A DNA stretch of 64,000 bases, taken from assembly GCA_963824995.1 (NCBI GenBank), contig CAWGRK010000009.1, positions 1 through 64,000 on the forward strand, read 5' to 3'. This document shows, piece by piece, positions 61,547 through 64,000 of the stretch (positions within the stretch are counted from its first letter, which is position 1; each line of letters begins with the position of its first letter). The position numbers and the translations under genes were made by a program. The notes under the pieces were generated by a model. The model was not told the origin of the DNA. It did no database searches and worked only from the letters and a program-made list of their open reading frames with translations. This DNA is from an uncultured Actinomycetes bacterium. Its GTDB lineage: Bacteria; Actinomycetota; Acidimicrobiia; Spongiisociales; DATADW01.

Positions 61547-62802
61547 ATCGTTGCTGCCAGGCGGCGGGCGTAGTAGCTAGCCCATGGTCCGGTTGGGGAG
61601 TCCATCCGGTAGGAGCGGGCTGCTTCTAAGAGGAGTGTCACCAACCGGGGTCGATCGAGCCATGCTCCAACTTCGCCACGAAGTGCCTCGAGGGCATGGT
61701 CGGCGTACCACAGCGCCCACTCCGGGTCGTCGTCTCCTACCGCTTCGACGTGGGCCTGCTTGGTATCGGAGAGGATCCGCTCAATCCGCTCCTCAGCGGA
61801 GAGCGGGGGTGGGGAAGTCCCGTATACCTCGGGGTTGGCGCACGCCGGCATCCTCTCCCCCGCCAGACCGGCTAGGAGATTCTCCATGGCGAGCTCGCTC
61901 ATCCGGGCGCGGGTGGTGACAGAGGCGCTACCGATGTGCGGGACGATCACGCAGTTGTCCATCTCGAGCAAAGGGTCGGCCGGATCGATCGGCTCCGGAT
62001 CGGTCACATCGAGCCCGGCGGCGGCGATGACGCCGGACCCGAGCGCCTCGGCAAGCGCACTCTGATCCACCAGACCACCGCGCGCCACGTTGACCAGGAC
62101 CGCACTTGGCTTCATCAGAGCCAGCGCCTCCCGGTCGATAACGTGCCGGGTCGCTTGATTGAGCGGCGCGGTGAGGACGACATGGTCGGCGACGGAGAGC
62201 ATCTCGTCGAGTGGGAGCCGACGGGCACCTAGCTCGAGCTCTGCCTCGGGGCGCGGGTTCGGACCGGTGTAGACGATTTCCATGCCGAATCCGAGCGCAC
62301 GACGTCCCACGGCCCGGCCGATCCGCCCCATACCGACAACGCCGAGCACGGTGTGGTGCAGATCGTTTCCGAGCAGGAGATCGGGGGCCCAGCGCTGCCA
62401 CTCACGCGCAGCCACCATCCGGGCACCCTCGACGAGGCGGCGACCCGCCGCGAGGAGCAACCCGATGGCGGTGTCGGCGGTGGTGTCGGTGAGGACATCT
62501 GGGGTGTAGCCCACGGGTATGCCTCGCATCGTGCAGGCGGCGAGGTCGATGTTGTCCAATCCGACTGCTACCTGGGATATCACCCGCAGACGAGTCGCCG
62601 ATTCGAGGAATGGGGCATCGATCGGATCGGAGAGCATGGACAGCAGACCGTCAGCGGCTTGCACCGAGGTTCTGACCCGATCCGCCGGCATTGGGCCATC
62701 GCCGTCCCACACCTCGACGACCGCAACGTCCTCCAAAGGGCGGAGGGAGACGCCCCATGGCCTCCTGGTGACAAGTACGACCGGCGGTGCGACCACGGTC
62801 AC
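61543..62802 (-). CDS. D-2-hydroxyacid (glyoxylate/D-glycerate) dehydrogenase with extra C-terminal domain
   Basis: VGLDNID, TPDVLTDTTAD, GMGRIG, NVARG, GLDVTDPEP, PHIGSA, plus about 90 extra residues. Confidence 0.9.
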   Translation of the reverse strand: MTVVAPPVVLVTRRPWGVSLRPLEDVAVVEVWDGDGPMPADRVRTSVQAADGLLSMLSDPIDAPFLESATRLRVISQVAVGLDNIDLAACTMRGIPVGYTPDVLTDTTADTAIGLLLAAGRRLVEGARMVAAREWQRWAPDLLLGNDLHHTVLGVVGMGRIGRAVGRRALGFGMEIVYTGPNPRPEAELELGARRLPLDEMLSVADHVVLTAPLNQATRHVIDREALALMKPSAVLVNVARGGLVDQSALAEALGSGVIAAAGLDVTDPEPIDPADPLLEMDNCVIVPHIGSASVTTRARMSELAMENLLAGLAGERMPACANPEVYGTSPPPLSAEERIERILSDTKQAHVEAVGDDDPEWALWYADHALEALRGEVGAWLDRPRLVTLLLEAARSYRMDSPTGPWASYYARRLAATM

Positions 62803-62824
62803 CCCTCCGATGAGGCTGAGTTGC

Positions 62825-63415
62825 TCAGGCGGTCGCTATCCCACCTAGGTCGGATACCTGCTTCTGGGCGCTCCTCACCGCGAAGGAGGTAGCGATGATC
62901 ACGACCCCCCAGACGATGAGCCAGATGCCGAGAATCCAGACGAGGGTGACAACCGACATTCCTGGCCAGGCGAGCACAACCCCCCCGGCAATCACGCTGA
63001 GGACCCCTCCAAAGATCGCCCAGCCTCGAGCGGGAGTCGTGTGGTCGCCGATGGCATCCACCGTCCTGATGATGCCGGCGACGACCCAGTAGATCCCGAG
63101 CAGCAAAGCCAGGCTGACGATGGTCACGCCGATGTTCCGCAGCGACCACAACCCGACGATGATCGAAAGAACACCGAGCAGAGCGGACATCACCCTCATC
63201 CCGCCCGATTCACCCGGGCGAAACACCGCCACTATCTCGAAGATGCCCGCCACCAATAGCTGTATTCCGAAGAGGACGGCGATGGTGACGACGGTCGCCT
63301 CGGGCCATACGAGCACCATGATCCCGAGGATCAGAGTGAGGATCCCGTAGAACAACACCCATCCCCAACTCCTGGCCAGGCCCTGCAGGGTGTCGGTGTC
63401 AGAACTGTATGTCAT
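62825..63415 (-). CDS. HdeD/DUF308 family membrane protein
   Basis: WGWVLFYGILTLILG..WP repeated TM hairpins; GGAGG RBS. Confidence 0.88.
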   Translation of the reverse strand: MTYSSDTDTLQGLARSWGWVLFYGILTLILGIMVLVWPEATVVTIAVLFGIQLLVAGIFEIVAVFRPGESGGMRVMSALLGVLSIIVGLWSLRNIGVTIVSLALLLGIYWVVAGIIRTVDAIGDHTTPARGWAIFGGVLSVIAGGVVLAWPGMSVVTLVWILGIWLIVWGVVIIATSFAVRSAQKQVSDLGGIATA

Positions 63416-63478
63416 TCGCTCGTCCTCCCTCGAGTCGCGGTCATGCTACGACTTCGATCCGCCGGCGCATGGTCAAGC

Positions 63479-64000
63479 TCAGCTGCGGGGTACCTCGTTC
63501 CAGGGGAGGTCTTTGTCGCCCCGGGGCTCGCCTGGAAGGCCGAGGACCCGCTCCCCGAGGATGTTCCGCATGATCTCCGACGTTCCGCCCTCGATCGAGT
63601 TGGCCCTCGCCCTGAGGAAGTTGCGCTGCGGACTGAAGGCCCCGATTCCCGCCCGCTCGGGTCGCCCGAAGTCGTAGCCCTTGGGGTAGAGGAGTCCCTC
63701 GGCGCCGAGCAGCGACATGGTGAATTCCGTGATCCGCTTGTTGAGTTCGGCCCAGTGGAGCTTCGATGTCGAGCCCTCGGGTCCGGGTGTCCCCCGCCGC
63801 CGGTTCTCGTTGGCGCGGAGGTTGGTGAGCCGTAGGACCTCTGCCTCGATCCAGAGAGCGGTCAGTTCGTCGCGGCGCGCCGCGTCGGTGTGGCCCCTCT
63901 CTTTCCAGGCGGCTACTGCGGCCGTGATCGCTCCGGACCCGCGAGGCTGCACCACCGACCCGATGGCGACACGCTCGTTCATGAGTGTCGTCATCGAAAC
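63479..64000 (-). CDS. Acyl-CoA dehydrogenase (C-terminal part, runs off the window)
   Basis: TTLMNER, PGPEGS..KL, RARANSIEGGTSEIMRNILGERVLGLP. Confidence 0.92.
   Translation of the reverse strand, partial: VSMTTLMNERVAIGSVVQPRGSGAITAAVAAWKERGHTDAARRDELTALWIEAEVLRLTNLRANENRRRGTPGPEGSTSKLHWAELNKRITEFTMSLLGAEGLLYPKGYDFGRPERAGIGAFSPQRNFLRARANSIEGGTSEIMRNILGERVLGLPGEPRGDKDLPWNEVPRS

Overview
High-GC bacterial chromosomal window. Gene content (adnAB, PlsB, F420-type PPOX protein, GerMN/Gmad2 lipoprotein with an OmpR pair, SLH-like exported protein, many leaderless genes) suggests an actinobacterium, probably Acidimicrobiia-like; this is inference. About 50 protein-coding genes are recognisable: lon; adnAB; plsY-like, dtd and plsB; an ABC-2 exporter; a 5'-nucleotidase; a CCAEP-tail-type B12/radical SAM enzyme; a ComB-like phosphatase; a P-type ATPase; a two-component system; an 8-gene MoxR/VWA/ABC cluster; an S2P protease; nfuA; an ATP-grasp enzyme; malQ; ppk2; nhaA; a LigD polymerase domain; DUF72; an S9 peptidase; a cupin/LuxR pair; thiN; and others. 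I saw no rRNA, tRNA, CRISPR array, transposase or integrase. Many conserved genes carry single-base frameshifts, most likely uncorrected sequencing or assembly indels. The most interesting signal is between lon and adnAB. An unannotated 42-aa leaderless microprotein (CPHC motif, ssrA-like C-terminal -ALAA) lies behind a PafBC/RecA-NDp-like promoter and overlaps a near-consensus LexA box, and a second PafBC-like promoter drives adnA. A similar promoter and a perfect palindrome sit between DUF72 and an orphan gene upstream of the LigD polymerase. Heptamer tandem arrays, REP-like hairpins and several structured intergenic elements are also present. All calls come from reading the sequence by eye; no database searches were run.
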